A stretch of 55,669 nucleotides of DNA, filler included, from Catajapyx aquilonaris (GCA_000934665.2; 4 parts of 4 records of this genome joined end to end with filler, not necessarily neighbours in it), one strand, 5' to 3'. Positions 14,407 to 27,792 are shown, numbered from the whole stretch's first letter. Notes: a model not told the origin generated them from the letters alone. Made by a program: numbers and translations.

Positions 14407-15007
14407 CCGGCCATAAGGCAAAATTCTTGTTTTCATTTGAACCAGCTATGAAGTGGAAATACTGGGCATTGGAATTCATTCTTTCATGGTATGAATCACA
14501 GGCAGTATTTCACATATTTTATTCTATCAGTCATTACAAAGCACAAGGACCATAATGTCACATAAGACTTACCCATAATGACAATTATGCATGCTTCAGT
14601 CTGGCCACCAACACCTGATTACACATCCTACCATTTGACAACACAGGAACCTAAATTTCCATTCTCTGAAAGGATTCAAGCAATGCCAGTCTCCACTCTG
14701 CAGTCGCAGTACTTGTAAGTTGAAAGAACATGCAAGGAAAGTGGTTTTTAAAATTTTTAATATTAATACACAAGAGATGCTTTCTTGAACTCACAGGGGT
14801 ATCCATAATACCTCAACAAGAATGGTTCCAATGATGGTACTCAGCTGTTTACACAGGTGTGGCAAAAGGTTGTGAAGGGGAAAGTCTCAAGCATAGCCAA
14901 TTTCCTTGACAATAAATCCTGGACTCATGTACAAAAATGTGTTGTCAGTGTAATCACATCCACTCTTCTTTTCTCAATACAATTCTCCCTGCACCATAAT
15001 GAAAACA

Positions 15008-18000
15008 TCAAAAACTTTGCATGTAATCTTCCCCTACATTTGAGGAAAGAGTTTCGCTCTCCTTTGCTATACGACACCTTCGTACATGATTATTCATGGT
15101 ATTCTGATGGTGGAACTTCATATTGCAATGTTTGCAAGAATAGAGTTTTTCTCCTGAATGTATTCCCATATGCATATTCAAGTTACCTTTTCTGCCAAAA
15201 CGTTTATGGCACACATGACAACTGAATGGTTTCTCACCTGTGTGGATCATTCTGTGGCGCTTCAGATTCGGATATCGGCTGAAAGCCATCCCACATTCCT
15301 CACACTTATGAGGTTTTAACCCAAGGTGAACCGCTTTCATATGAACAGATTGATGGCTTTTAGTGACGAAGCTAACACCACACAATTTGCAGGAAAATTT
15401 TGATTTACGCCTTCTTGGGTTGACCTTACCATGTGCTGAATGGACAAACAGCTGAGAAATGTCTTTTTCTGCCCCTTTCTCAACATTGTTCTTCAATTCT
15501 CCTCTTTCATTGGACACGTCACTCTCAGTTGGCTGGAGACACTTTGGATGAGCATGCCTTCCAGGATTCTTGTTTCTTGGAACAAAAGTCCTGAGTTGTT
15601 CTGGCTGAGATTCCTGTATCATGTCCACCTGTTCTTCAACTACCACTGCATGAGACCTGACACATTCTACCAGAGAAGATGGAATGTTGAAAGTCTTGTT
15701 GCAGATGCCACATTGAAAAAGGTCTTTCAAGGTTGTCTGTGTCACCGGATGTAAATAAAGATTATCAACACATTGCTATCCAAACACTGACACAAATGAA
15801 GATTATTACTCACATCCTCCTCATAACTTGCATCAAAGTGTGCTTCTCCACTGTTGAAATGGTTCCCATCATTGGACTCATTTTCTATGTGATTTCCATA
15901 GAAAGAAATATCAGCCTCTCTTCCTTCACTTCCTTGTGCCCCAAATTCAGTCATCTCCTCACTCCAAACCTAAGCACAAAACAACAACATCACTCTCAAT
16001 GAAAAGCCTTATGACTGCTTCTTGCATCATACAGCAAAGTTTCAGAATCTGAAATGTTGGTCGAAAATCTCAGTGACACTCATTTCCACTTGATTCTGTC
16101 GCCCTACATTAAAGTTTTGGAGTTTAGTGATACTCGCTGCTGGGGTGAAAACTACAGGAGGCTGGTGCGGGATCTAACTTGGCAGTCTCACCTCCTGCAT
16201 GCTCAGCAAATCACAGCAATTACAGTAGGGCTTCAGGGGTTGAAATCAAAGCAAAAAAAGAAAAATGTGGAACAGGTGTGCCATGAGACAGCCGAGCCTC
16301 ATATCGTTTGATTTCAACCCCTAAAACCCGACTATGGTAACAATTTAACTTTCCAAAATTGTGTAGGTGACACGCATATGAGGCCTGTCCAAAACGTATT
16401 CGACCTTTTTTTTTTTTCTCTGAAACAAATGAAGCACAGTAGGTTCCCTCTAGTTGGGAGTACCTTCATGAGTATTCGTAAATTTTTCCCAGACCCTAGA
16501 GAGAATCAGTCGCTGCAGTCAGCCAGCGAGTGACTGAGGGTACTAGGCCCCTGTCGAATTTTCATTTTTCGCGAAAATGAAGAAACTACTTCAACAGAGG
16601 CCCTCTTATGTTCTTCTTGCACTAAATGACTTAAGAGTAAACTGTTAACTACATTAGAATACATTTTCTATGGCCAGGTTTCAGCAGCTCCTGGAAAATT
16701 TGTCTGGGCGAAGAAGAGCCAGGATAGTTTGTTATTCATTGTTGTCAACAATTACGTCAACAATGAATAACGAACTATCCTGGCTCTTCTTCGGCCAAAC
16801 AAATTTTCTGGGAGCCGGTGCAACCCAGCCAAAAAATATGTTCGTTGGCAGCCATAAAAGCCTTTCATGCCATTTCCATTCAAATCTATAAATGCCATTG
16901 GCTGGGTACGCAGGAGGTGGGACTGACAAGTTAGACCCACACTGCAAGTCTGCATTGGAAATCACATGTACGCCTGTAAGCTTTCCAGTGCTAGGTTGAT
17001 TCTATGACAAAAGTTAAAGTCCACTTCACAGGGCCTGCTATAAATACATGTCCACGCAAGAATGAGAATAATAATTATGCATACCTCCACTTTGACAGTT
17101 CTATTAACTTCCACCTGTGCAACATTTGTTCCAGGCATGTCAGAACTTGAAGCCCCTTGATGGGAATCCTGCTCTGGCTCGTACTCTTCAAGAGTAGCAC
17201 CTGGGTCTCTCTCTGGACGTGGTTCTGCTGAAAATCAATATTTCAATTTTCTAGTCCAGTGCTGGACATATTAGCAGTCCCTAAATGTGTTTTTATCGGT
17301 GTTGCATGCCATGTAAACTGTGGCAACAATGGCAAGAACACGGTAAGAGCACACCACAGGTTTATGTCTTAATGCACCCCTACTACTCCGGCGGAGCTGC
17401 AAAGCCGCCGTCGCTGCAGTCGCCACCGCCGCCACCACCGGAAAAATAATAATTTTCGGACTGCTAATATGTCCAGCACTGTTTCAGGTAACAATCATTA
17501 TTACATTTTCATACGTGTATTGCTACAGAATTGAAATTCTAGATCAACGAGTACGCAACTTTTGTAATAATTCTTAATCACAACCAATAAAAATTGTTGC
17601 ATGACAAACCATTATTACGAACAACAAAACAGACATGAAAAAAAGAGAGTTCTTATGAATCAACCCTGTTCCATGTTCATTGTTGCAGCAAGTGTCCATT
17701 ACATAAGTCTCCCTAATTGTTTCTCCCTAAGCTAGGTTACAATTCATTAAATAAAATTATTTTTCCACAGTTACAGTGATGGCGGATTATCACAATTATT
17801 TTAAACTGCTAATTTGGGGCTGACAGGCTTAGGGACCTGGTTGTGAGTAATGCCCTAAAACCTTCATCACAAGGTGTCCACTTCCTCCCTTCCTTCTTCT
17901 GTTCCTTCAGGATGAATCCTTCTATCCTGGCCATCCTGTGGTCCATCTCAGTCATCTTCTTGTCCATTTCTGCCATCCTTTGGTCCACCGCTGCAATGGT

Positions 18001-18087
18001 CCTCTCAATCCTGTCATTCTGAGCCACGCTTCGTTCCAGGAGGGACACAATGTGGGACAACAACAAGGTTGTTGGTTGGGTGGCCAT
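15008..18087 (-). CDS. C2H2 zinc-finger protein, paralog A; predicted exons 18087-17862, 17227-17085, 15969-15814, 15736-15008 (~417 aa)
   Basis: Four tandem fingers with HTGEKPF-type linkers plus one atypical finger; GT-AG introns keep phase; exons align with paralogs B and C; N-terminal heptad repeat MAEMDKK-MTEMDHR-MARIEGF. Confidence 0.85.
16223..16335. mobile_element. Small inverted-repeat element, also present at ~27042-27201
   Basis: gtagggcttcaggggttgaaatcaaa ... tttgatttcaacccctaaaacccgac; same position in paralog C, so it predates the duplication. Confidence 0.6.
16378..16600 (+). mobile_element. Mariner-like 5' end fragment
   Basis: TIR-like tgaggcctgtccaaaacgtattcgacc followed by MKKLLQQR, like a mariner transposase start; absent in paralog C. 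Confidence 0.5.
16671..16831. mobile_element. Palindromic MITE (~70-bp imperfect arms)
   Basis: gaagaagagccaggatagtttgttattcattgttg pairs with caacaatgaataacgaactatcctggctcttcttc; empty site in paralog C near 27300. Confidence 0.8.
17257..17481. mobile_element. MITE with perfect 24-bp TIRs
   Basis: CAGTGCTGGACATATTAGCAGTCC (17257-17280) and its reverse complement at 17458-17481. Confidence 0.85.
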
Positions 18088-18369
18088 GTCTCCTTACCAA
18101 TTCCGACAAGTGGTCCTTCAGCAGGGAATGGAAATGGGAGGAAAACGAAGCGATGGGAGAAGAAGGAAAGAAAAACCAGAACTAGACAGACGCCATGTTG
18201 GGCGCATTCAGATCGACGCCACGTTGCCCCCAAGGAACTGTTCGAAATGTAAGATCGAATGTCCCTAAATTAATTTCCAAAAAAAAGGGCTATAAAAACT
18301 CGAAATTCGAGTGCTGCTGACGAACTGTTAGGCTGCTGATTTAATTATGAAGTGTGTGAAAATATGCGG

Positions 18370-18632
18370 AATAACAACCTTTGAGAACCATGCCAGGTAG
18401 ACGAATTTGCTGAAATCGTCGTACTTTTGCGCGAAATAAATTAATACTTATTTGTGGCTTTCTGGCACTTTGGGAAACTCCCAAATTTATTTGCTTCTCG
18501 CGAAGTACGACGATTTCAGCAAATTCATCTCATATTCATTTGGGAGTTTTCCTAATAAGTGCCAAGAAAGCCGCAACGCAAAATACGACGATTTCAGCAC
18601 ATTCGTCTGGCATGGTTCTCCATGTTGTTATT
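18370..18632. mobile_element. Nested inverted-repeat element upstream of ZnF gene A
   Basis: gagaaccatgccag..gacgaatttgctgaaatcgtcgta pairs with tacgacgatttcagcacattcgtctggcatggttctc; second inner IR pair and a third internal arm copy at ~18500-18530. Confidence 0.75.
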
Positions 18633-19198
18633 GCCAATTAGTCAATTTTAGTGAAGGAGACATTTTCGTTAACGAAAGTGTCTCCTTCACTATTGACTAA
18701 TTTGGATCATCATTTGGCAGGGAAGCAATAGAAGTTGTTTTCAAATGGACACCAAAAAATTCACTCAGGTGTGAGAAAATAATGTTTCTAATACACATTT
18801 GTCACATAATTTAATCAGTAGCAACCAATACTTGATCCAAGCACCCTGTGTAAAACTCATATTTCAGTAATATATTAATCACGTTTCATTCACAAAGACC
18901 AAGAATTTCACATTAATATAAAAATATAGGTGTCAAGTCTCAGTAATGTACGTAGGCCTACAGTGTGTCTTTAGGAAGAAAGAGATGCTGAATCAATGTC
19001 ACATCAGCTTGTAGCAATGACAAAGCTGAAAAAAGAGATGCAAGCAAAGTGTATTTTACACAAATTGTGATATCTTCAAGCTACATTAATGAGATTGGTT
19101 CTAATGATGGCATCCAGCTTTCACTTTGACACTGCTTAACATCAGTCCATGCACCATCATGAAAACCTGATAAATGTGCACGAATAAATCCCTGCATG

Positions 19199-22100
19199 TT
19201 AGAAAAAAGTTTGGCTTGGCTTTGCTACATGATGTCTTCGCACATGTGACTTCATGCTCCCTTCATGGCGGAACTTCAAATTGCAAAATTTGCAAGAAAA
19301 TTGCTTTTCTCCTGAATGTATGAACAAATGCTTCTGCAAGGTACCTTTTAGGCCAAAACGTTGATGGCACACATGACAACTGAATGGTTTCTCACCTGTG
19401 TGGACCAATCTGTGACGCTTCAGATCATGAGAGGTGGCTAAAGCCTTCCCACATACCTCACAATGATAAGGTTTTAACCCAAGGTGAACAGTTTTCACAT
19501 GATGAGATTGATGGTGTTTTTTGGTGAAGGTGGCACCACACAATTCACAGCAAAATTTGGGAATGCTCCCTCCTGGATGGACCTTACCACGCGCAGAATT
19601 GACCAACTGATGAGAAATATCTTTTTCAGTCCCTTTCTCCAATTTTTTCTTCCCTTTTCTTCTAGCATTGGCCACATCATTCTCACTTGACTGAAGATTC
19701 TTTGGATGAGCATGTTTTCCAGGTGTCTCTCCCTCTGGGACAGAAGTGCTTAGTTGTTCTGGCTGAGATTCCTCCAGCACACCCTGCTGTTCTTCAACCA
19801 CCACCACATGAGACTTGACACATTCTTCCAGATCAGATGAAATGTTGAAAGTCTGGTTACAGATACCACATTGAAAAAGGTCTTTGCAGGGTGTTGGTGT
19901 TACTAGATGTGAATTCCTCTGTAAATAAAGTGAACCATTATTCTCTAAAAGTACCTGATAATTTAACTTGTATTTTGTATGCAAAAAATTCCCCCTGTGA
20001 ACGAATCGAAGCAATGGAGCAAAAGCCGTGCGAGCAAGATTCCTTCTTCTGCGGTTTCAGAAAATGTCGCTAGCAGTACGAAGCGATTAATGTCCAACAC
20101 ACTGTATTACTGAGCCAGACCGCCAGACGCATCAACATTGAAAGTTTCTCATATTATGTCCCATGTATCCCCAAGGCTGAATTGGCAGGCTGTGGATTCC
20201 AGTGTGTTGTGGCAGGTAATGGCTGATGTGTTACTGTAGTATTATCCCAGAATACTGAACTGCACTGAAGTATGTATGTTCAACATTATAATAGAGAAAG
20301 TAGGCCTACAGTAAAATACCATTCAAAATCTTAGCCAAGCGAGTTTCACACAATATAGTCATTCTCAGGTAAATGTTGCATTACTGGGTAGAGTGGGTGT
20401 CACACAGAAATTCAGGTGAACTGCCACTAAACTGAAGGCAAGTTACGACTGTATCCAACAGACAATAAACGTGCAACAGGTTCACCTGAGTCCTTATTTC
20501 TTACCCTGGCAAAGAAGGCTCCCATGGATTGTCTCTGCAAGCAACACCTCTTTTGAACCATATTGGCCAAATTTTACCCTATCAGCAGGCGGGAACTGGG
20601 GAGCACGGTTGTGAAGAGATGCGTCATGGAAGGGTACCTCCATCGGCGACATCTTTGTCTGATCCTAGGTGACCAATGAGTAGGTTTGTAATGCATGTAA
20701 TACAGTACCGAACATGCAGTAACAATATTCTTTGGTCTCCTATCTTGGAGTCTGAAATCAGTGGCCCGGGACACTTGGGGCATGGTGAATGTATGTCAGA
20801 CAGAAGCATTATTCAAGTACTTGGAATGTCCAGCATTTGCCCTCTGATGATGCTGAACAAAAAGTGTTCGCAGTACTGTCACACATTGTTGCAGCAAAAA
20901 AGACCAGTTCTTACCTGCCACTATATACACACTAGAATCCAAAGTCTGCCAGCCCTGACTTCACGATATAAAAGACCTCCAATGGAAGGATCATTGATGC
21001 TAAACATAATGGCATAATGAGGTCATTCTTCTTCAGCATTTCACTTGATTGGAAATATGTGGCTCAAAACTTTCTTGCAGTGGTCTTACGCTTGTATCAT
21101 ACAATGGTCTTCAATTTTTTGTAAAGCAACCATGATGCAGCATATGTATTTGTGTGGGGTTATAATAAATCAATAGGAGGGTGGCATAAATTTTTAAATA
21201 ATTATAATTACTTGCTGTCATTGTAATGAGGAATAAAAAAAAACTCCCTCCACCAGGAATTAGCCATGAAGTACTGTATGTCTTAAACTATAACATGATA
21301 CTGTACACTTGGCCAGCTTCCTTCCTTGTAAATAATCGTACTTGTGTACATCAATTACTGGTGACTGTGGCACATGCAGTTTAATCAAGACATAACAGAC
21401 TTCAAGGGATCGCAGAAATCAGTATGTCATAACCAAGGTCTGTTATAGCTGAATACAAAAGCCATATATGGAAGTTTGCCGGGACAGGCCTTTCGAGGCT
21501 GTTATATCCGGATTCAACTGTATTGAGGAATAGGCTAAAACTTTAATGAAGGACACCAACACATTGCTTCCCATACTTAATTCAAGTTCATTACTCACAT
21601 CTTCATGATATGGTGCAAGCCATTGCTCTTCTTCACTGCTGAAACAGTTTCCATCATTCAACTCATTCCAGGACTGATTTTCAGTTTCATTATTAGATAT
21701 AACAGGCTCGTCTCCTTCATTTCCTTGCATCCATAATTCAGTCGTCTCATCCCTCCAATCCTGAGCAGAAGTGTATAATGTCACTCCCATTGGCAACTAG
21801 CTCTGCCCTTGTGTGTTTCATAAGGGAAATATCAGAATCTTTAAAATGGGTGCAAAAATCTCAGGGAGATTAATTTCCACGTATGCTTCTCTTTCCCCAC
21901 TTTCAAGTTTGGAGTTAGCTACATGCAATGTTGCAAATCACATATCTGGGATTTCTGAGAGTATGTTATTCTAAACTTAAGAGTCGAGTTATTAGGGGCG
22001 CACTATAATTCCATACAAAAATGATAATTAAGCTTACCTCTACTCTGACAATTCTGTTAACTGCTGCCTGCCCAAGAATTCTTCCAGGTATATCAGAACT

Positions 22101-23541
22101 TGAAGGAGTCACTTGATGTCGATGCTGCTCTAGCTCATCTTCAAATGCGACACCAGGGTGTCTGTCAGGATGTGGTTCTGCAGAAAATATAATTATCTTA
22201 ATCTATATTTCAGTTCGTTTGTGTGTTTGTTTGTCCCTTATAGAAATCCAGGGGAAGGCCCCTACACCGCCTTGAACCAACTAATTGGGGGTTACATTTT
22301 TCAAGGAATTTAACGCCGCATGTTTCAGCTTCGGAAAATGAGCCAAACTCCCACCCCGAACCCCGAATCTTCTCACTACTCGGGCCTCAACAATTAACAT
22401 TATGCCAACATCAATAACAATATCTCTATTACTCTTTTTCCAAGTTAGCAATCCCATGGAAATGCCCTTATGCAACAATACCTAGCAAATTAATGCATTT
22501 GCATCTATATATCTTTTTTACACATCCCATCACTGTAAATTATTCAACGCATCTGCCAATTACACTAATTGGCCACCTCATGTGAGTTCGTATCATATGG
22601 TCATTCCAGGATTTTGTGGGACTTGATATTAGACTTCCACACACAAATAAATACAAAAAATACAAAGTATTTACAAAAATTACTCAAGTGTTGAAAACAG
22701 AATGTCCTACCAGGCATCTGTACGTACATTTTTCAAGTTCTTCAGTGGGGTGTGAGGTGGGGTTGGGGGAGTCAAGGGGTCGAATATTCTGGGGAAAAAA
22801 CACATGACTGTGCAGTCTTTTCCTGGGCCAACTCCATCCGCATTCCTCTTTTTTTACACATCCAATCAGCATGTCTGCATCGACAATACGCTATAACCGA
22901 AGAAGGTATAATCTATCACAGATAGTGACAAACACTGGCTTATTGTAACTTATAAGGCCTTTTTTAAGGCGTATTGAGTTTCGAGTGTATATGGAACAAA
23001 TTTTACAAACAAACTTCCTAAAACATATGTACCCCTACCTTTACCAGCATCCTGAACATACCCGAGCAATGCTGAGTAACCTGCTAGTACAGTATTATCT
23101 TATTTTGAGAGGGGTGTTTTGGACACGGGATTATCCTGTACTCCACAATATGCAGTTTGTGCCACATCACACAGCGTACAGCCCTTGTGAAAATTCAGTC
23201 TTGTCAATACGACTAGAATGAACCACAGGTGGTGTCGGGTCCTCCCATTCCACTGCAAACCTGCAACACTGCAAGGTTTGGCTCCCATCTTTATGGAAGG
23301 GCCAAAACTCCCATCTGCCATTAGTCTGCAAAATTACAACCCTGTTGTCCTCACGTGTCCTCATACGGAGTTACGTACAACTTTGCACTCCACCTGCAAC
23401 AGCCCTCCATTCCAACTGCTTTAATCCCCTCCAGCACAATGCAAGTAATACCCAACCTGCAGTGTTACGCGGTCTCTTCCCTTTCTCCTCCTTCTGGATG
23501 AATCCCTCTATCCTCGCCATCCTCCTGCCCATCTCTGCCAT
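19199..23541 (-). CDS. C2H2 zinc-finger protein, paralog B; predicted exons 23541-23457, 22177-22038, 21760-21599, 19918-19199
   Basis: Four tandem C2H2 fingers; splice phases match gene A; start uncertain (in-frame ATG also at 23631). Confidence 0.82.
20600..21010 (-). mobile_element. Possible decayed PIF/Harbinger transposase remnant in an intron
   Basis: PKNIVTACSVLYYM resembles the HARBI1-type C-terminal II.ACC.LHN motif; otherwise broken. Confidence 0.35.
22196..23087 (+). mobile_element. Non-autonomous Helitron-like element in intron 1 of ZnF gene B
   Basis: A|TC 5' end (22196 or 22202) then TGTT-rich tract; 3' end acccgagcaatgctgagt (degenerate hairpin) + CTAG|T at 23084-23088; no TSD; absent from gene A. 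Confidence 0.7.
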
Positions 23542-24793
23542 TATGGACAATTGAAAGGAATGAGGTCTGACTGGACTTGGAGAGTACCCCTGAGAGTCTG
23601 TCTTCTTTGTCTTCTTTCCATTAGCCCACATACCTGATTGTCATACACCTTCACCTGGGAGTTGGGACAGAAGAGAACAGGGGAGGGAGTTGCTTTTGTA
23701 AAATAGGATTCTCGTGACACTCAAATGTCAACCAAATTCAGCCACCAGTAGAGGAGATGCAAAATGTTTTAGCATGCTGTATTTGTTTCTGTACATTTTT
23801 GTCACCAAGTATGGTTCAATTTAACGGCCTACTTTTACTGGGGTTAACTTTTTAAACTTGTAGGCCGACTGGTTATAGTCTACATAAGAGGGCTTGGTTT
23901 TGTCTTCACTTGGGAACTACAGTGCTGGAGTTCATACCAGGAGAGAATTAATGTGAATGTATTAAAACCCACACATTTACATATGTGCAAGAAATGTTTC
24001 TAGAGTATAATTAGGTTCCTATATAATCCTTATCCTATTGTGCAGTGAGTTTCTAAAAAGTATAAAACTTTTGAAAAACCTTAGGAATAGTAAGAGTTAA
24101 GATTCATCAAACAGGTTTATATGAATGAGCCCTCTTCTCCATTTTGGAGCACTTCTGAAGGCGTGTGTTCACCTCTACACAGCTACTGTCAGACCCACAC
24201 TCATACCATCAACAAACTGCCTGGGGTTATTTGTAGAACAAGAGTCCCAACCAGCCAGTCAGTATATTTCTACAGTAGGCCTATATGGGAAAAATTCTTG
24301 TTTTCATTTGAACCAGCTACGTATATGGAAATCCTGGGCAGGGGAATTCATTCTCTCATGGTATGAATATATAATACACAGTATTTCACCTGTTTCATTA
24401 TGTGAACATAGTCATTACAGGGTACAATAAGGACCACAAAGTCACATTACTTATCCATAATGACAATTATACATGTGTCAGCCTGTACACCAACACCTGA
24501 TTACACATGCTATCATTTGGCAACATAGAAGCCATTGAGAAATTGCAACCACTTATTTTGGGAGGCAAAAACTAAGCAACATCCATACCAATACACTCCT
24601 ACTAGTAAAGTAATCAAATTTCACTCAAATACCAGACACCCTGTTCTTTCTAAATAGGAATTCAGACAACACACCTGAACAGAAAACCAAAAATTCTATT
24701 CTCTGAAAGGATTCAAGCAATGACAGTCTCCACTCAGCAGTTGCAGGTTTTACTTAAATTTGTAGGCTGGATATAAATTAATGGCAACACTAA

Positions 24794-24890
24794 AGGTGCG
24801 TTTACATGTGAGCGATTTGACGAGTGAAGTGGAGCAAAATCTTCGCCGAGGGTGAGTAATGCAAGTAACCAATATTGTTTGAGGCGAAAA
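24794..24890 (+). mobile_element. Partial copy of the Harbinger/Tourist-like MITE at 46235-46417
   Basis: Shares gcgtttacatgtgagcgattt and tcttcgccgag. Confidence 0.65.
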
Positions 24891-25107
24891 TAGATAGTTA
24901 ATTCCAGCCTTTCTTCAGGTGTGGTAAAAGGTTGTGTACATGGGACGGCTCAGGCAAAGCTAATTCCCTTATTAATAAATCATGTAGTCATATACACACT
25001 GTATGGGTAAATGAGTTGCCACTCTTTAATAGCCAGTCCTCGCACTTCTCTCCATAGTAAGGCATATTTTCCTCCACGCACCATCACGAAAACTTCACAT
25101 TCGCATG

Positions 25108-26818
25108 TTATAAATCTGCCCCTACATTTGAGGAAAGAGTTTCGCTCTCCTTTCCTATACGACATCTTCGCACATGTGAATTCATGCTATTTTTATGGTG
25201 GAACTTCATATTGCAGAATTTGCAAGAAAATGGCTCTTCTCCTGAATGTATTGTCATATGCATATTCAAGTTACCTTTTTGGACAAAACGTTTATGGCAG
25301 ACATGACAACTGAATGGTTTCTCACCTGTGTGGACCAATCTGTGGCGCTTCAGATTTGGGGATAAGGCAAAAGCCATCCCGCAAACCTCACACTCATGAG
25401 GTCTTAACCCAAGATGAACAGCCTTCATATGAGCAGATTGAGACTGTTTAGTGGTGAAGCTCGCACTGCACAATTTGCAGCAAAATTTTGATTTACTCTT
25501 TTCTTGCGGAACCTTACCAGGTGCAGAATGGACCAACTGGTGAGAAATATTGGTTTTAGCCCTTTTCTCCACGTTTTTCGTCCCTTTTCTTCTTGCTTTG
25601 GACACATCCCTTGCACTGGAATGGAGACTCTTTGGATGATCATGGGTTACAGGTGTCTCGTCATTTGGGTCAAATGTGCTAAGTTGTTCTGGCTGAGATT
25701 CCACATCCTGCTCTTCTTTAACCACCACAGCATGAGACTTGATGCATTCTTCCAGAGACGATGGAATGTTGAATGTCTTGTTGCAGATGCCACACTGAAA
25801 GAGGTCTTTGTAGGGTGTCTGGGCCACTGAGAATGAATTCCTCTGAAAGAAAAGTTCATCATTATTCTCTGAAAAGTGCCTGAAAAATTAACTTGTATAA
25901 TGTATAAAAAAAAAGAGCATAACTGTCTATAACAGTGTGTTTCATATTAAGTTTACATTCAAACCATTGGTATTTCTCCGCACACCAATTTTAGTTATGC
26001 AAAAACATTACCCCTACACATTCCATGTTCCCTATCACCTCTCAGTAGCCTCACTTTCCCCTTTGTCCTCTCAATCAGCCAAAAGGTACGTGAGATTTCT
26101 GCTGAGAGAAATATAAGCTCATTTATCAATATGAGATTACATTGCCTCTAACATTACTAGCCTTTATTTTTTAGTTACATTATGATATTGTGGACATATC
26201 ATTGTTGACGAAAGAAAACCCATGCCTATAAACCAACTGTTTCATTAGTCGCATTCATTTCGGTAAAAATTCCATCCTGTGGTTTTACAGACCTTCAAAA
26301 TCCGGAAGAGCCTATCTTCAATAGACACTAAATGGCTGTATTTTCACAAAACCCTGGCAAATGCGGGTTTTTCCTTGCCACAGTGAAGAAAAAACGAGTG
26401 TAAATCCAAGATGGTTGTACATATTTAAAAAAATTATGACTAGTCTAATATAAAATAATCAATTTTGAAGGGCCCAGGGTCTGAGAACAGGGTACAATAA
26501 TTATTTTTAAAAAAACACACATTTTGTATGGAATGACCCTGATCCTTATAATTGTAATTACTCCAGTAAATACTGTGGCATACATTTTTAGGCATAAAGG
26601 TTACCTGCACATAAAATTGGTACCCACACATTCCTATAATGAAGGTTATTACTCACATCTTCTTGACAAGGTGCATCCGATGACACTTGTCCACTCTCTA
26701 AATTGTTCACATTATTAGCCTCATTCTCAGAGTGGTGTTCAGTTGCATTGTAAAAAACATTAGTCTCTCTTGCTTCACTTCCTTCTGTCCATAATTCAGA
26801 CATCTCCTCCCTCCAATC
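25108..26818 (-). CDS. C2H2 zinc-finger protein, paralog C (5' exons missing at contig end); exons 26818-26657, 25842-25108
   Basis: Four tandem fingers; cag|GATTGG, GAT|gtgagt and tttcag|AGGAAT junctions in phase 0. Confidence 0.82.
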
Positions 26819-27477
26819 CTGAGCACAGAATAAAATAATGTCACTCTCAATGACAAGCTTCATGCCTGTATCTTGCATCATGCAACAAGTTTCAGAATCT
26901 CCAATATTGGTCCAAAATATCTGTGATATCATTTCCACTTGTTTCTAATGCCCCACATTAAAGTTTAGGAGTTAGTGATACTCCCAGTGGGCCTAACTTG
27001 GGTGGTCCACCTCCTGCTGCCAAGCCAATTACAGTTATCGCAGTAGGGCTTTAGGGGTTGACATGAAAGCATATGAAGCTTGGCTCTTGCAGAATGCCTA
27101 TTCCACCAGGGCAAAAAATGGAAAAACGGTGGAACAGGTGTGCCATGACAGCCGAGCCTCATTGTCATTTATGGTTTGATTTCAACTCCTAAAACCCTAC
27201 TTTGATAACAATTGAACTTTCCGACATTGTGCATGTGGCATGCAAATGTTCTTCTCGCACTAAACGACTTAAAATAAACTGCAAATTGCATTATAACACA
27301 TTCTATGTATGCGTTTGTTGGCTGTCATGAAAGCCTTTCATGCCATTGATTCATTCAAATCTAGACACGCCATTGGTTGGGCACACAAGAGGTTGGACTT
27401 CCAAGTTAGACTCACAGCCAGTCTTTACATGCAAAATTGGAAATGACATGTAAGGGCTTTCCAACATTATGCTAATA

Positions 27478-27792
27478 CGAGGGGGAATCAAATGAAAACG
27501 ATAATTATTTTTTTTACAATTGTTCTACTATAATAATGATTGTGACAACTACACTATTTTTCCACATAGTCCCCTTGGCGTTCAATGCAAGTGCGCCACC
27601 TGGTAGGAAGCACCTCCATACCGCGGGAAAAAAATTCTTTCGATTGAGCTCGCAGCCAGTTGTGCACCGCCACTTCCACTTCATCATTGGACTGGAACTT
27701 CTTTCCTCCTAGGTCTGCTTTCAGTGAACCAAAGATGTGGTAATCAGATGGTGCTAAGTCGGGCGAGTATGGGGGATGTGGCAGACACTTCA
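27478..27792 (-). mobile_element. Mariner transposon 3' end: transposase C-terminus (27554-27790) and TIR
   Basis: Translates to LPHPPYSPDLAPSDYHIFGSLK...RWRTCIERQGDYVEK*; TA|cgagggggaatcaaatgaaaac terminus; not in the ORF track. Confidence 0.93.

Larger units (their letters stand above)
24120..27470 (+). repeat. Segmental duplication of ~14135-16990 (gene C versus gene A, including flank and introns)
   Basis: Colinear non-coding blocks such as aatgagccctc.tctccattttggagcactt, aaattcttgttttcatttgaaccagcta, attctctgaaaggattcaagcaatg. Confidence 0.85.

Noticed and set aside
14091..14555. Overlapping ORFs on both strands
   Set aside because: Produced by the palindromic MITE and duplicated non-coding flank.
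19919..20014. N-terminal extension of the 271-aa ZnF ORF
   Set aside because: Intronic; the acceptor at 19919-19920 matches paralog C.
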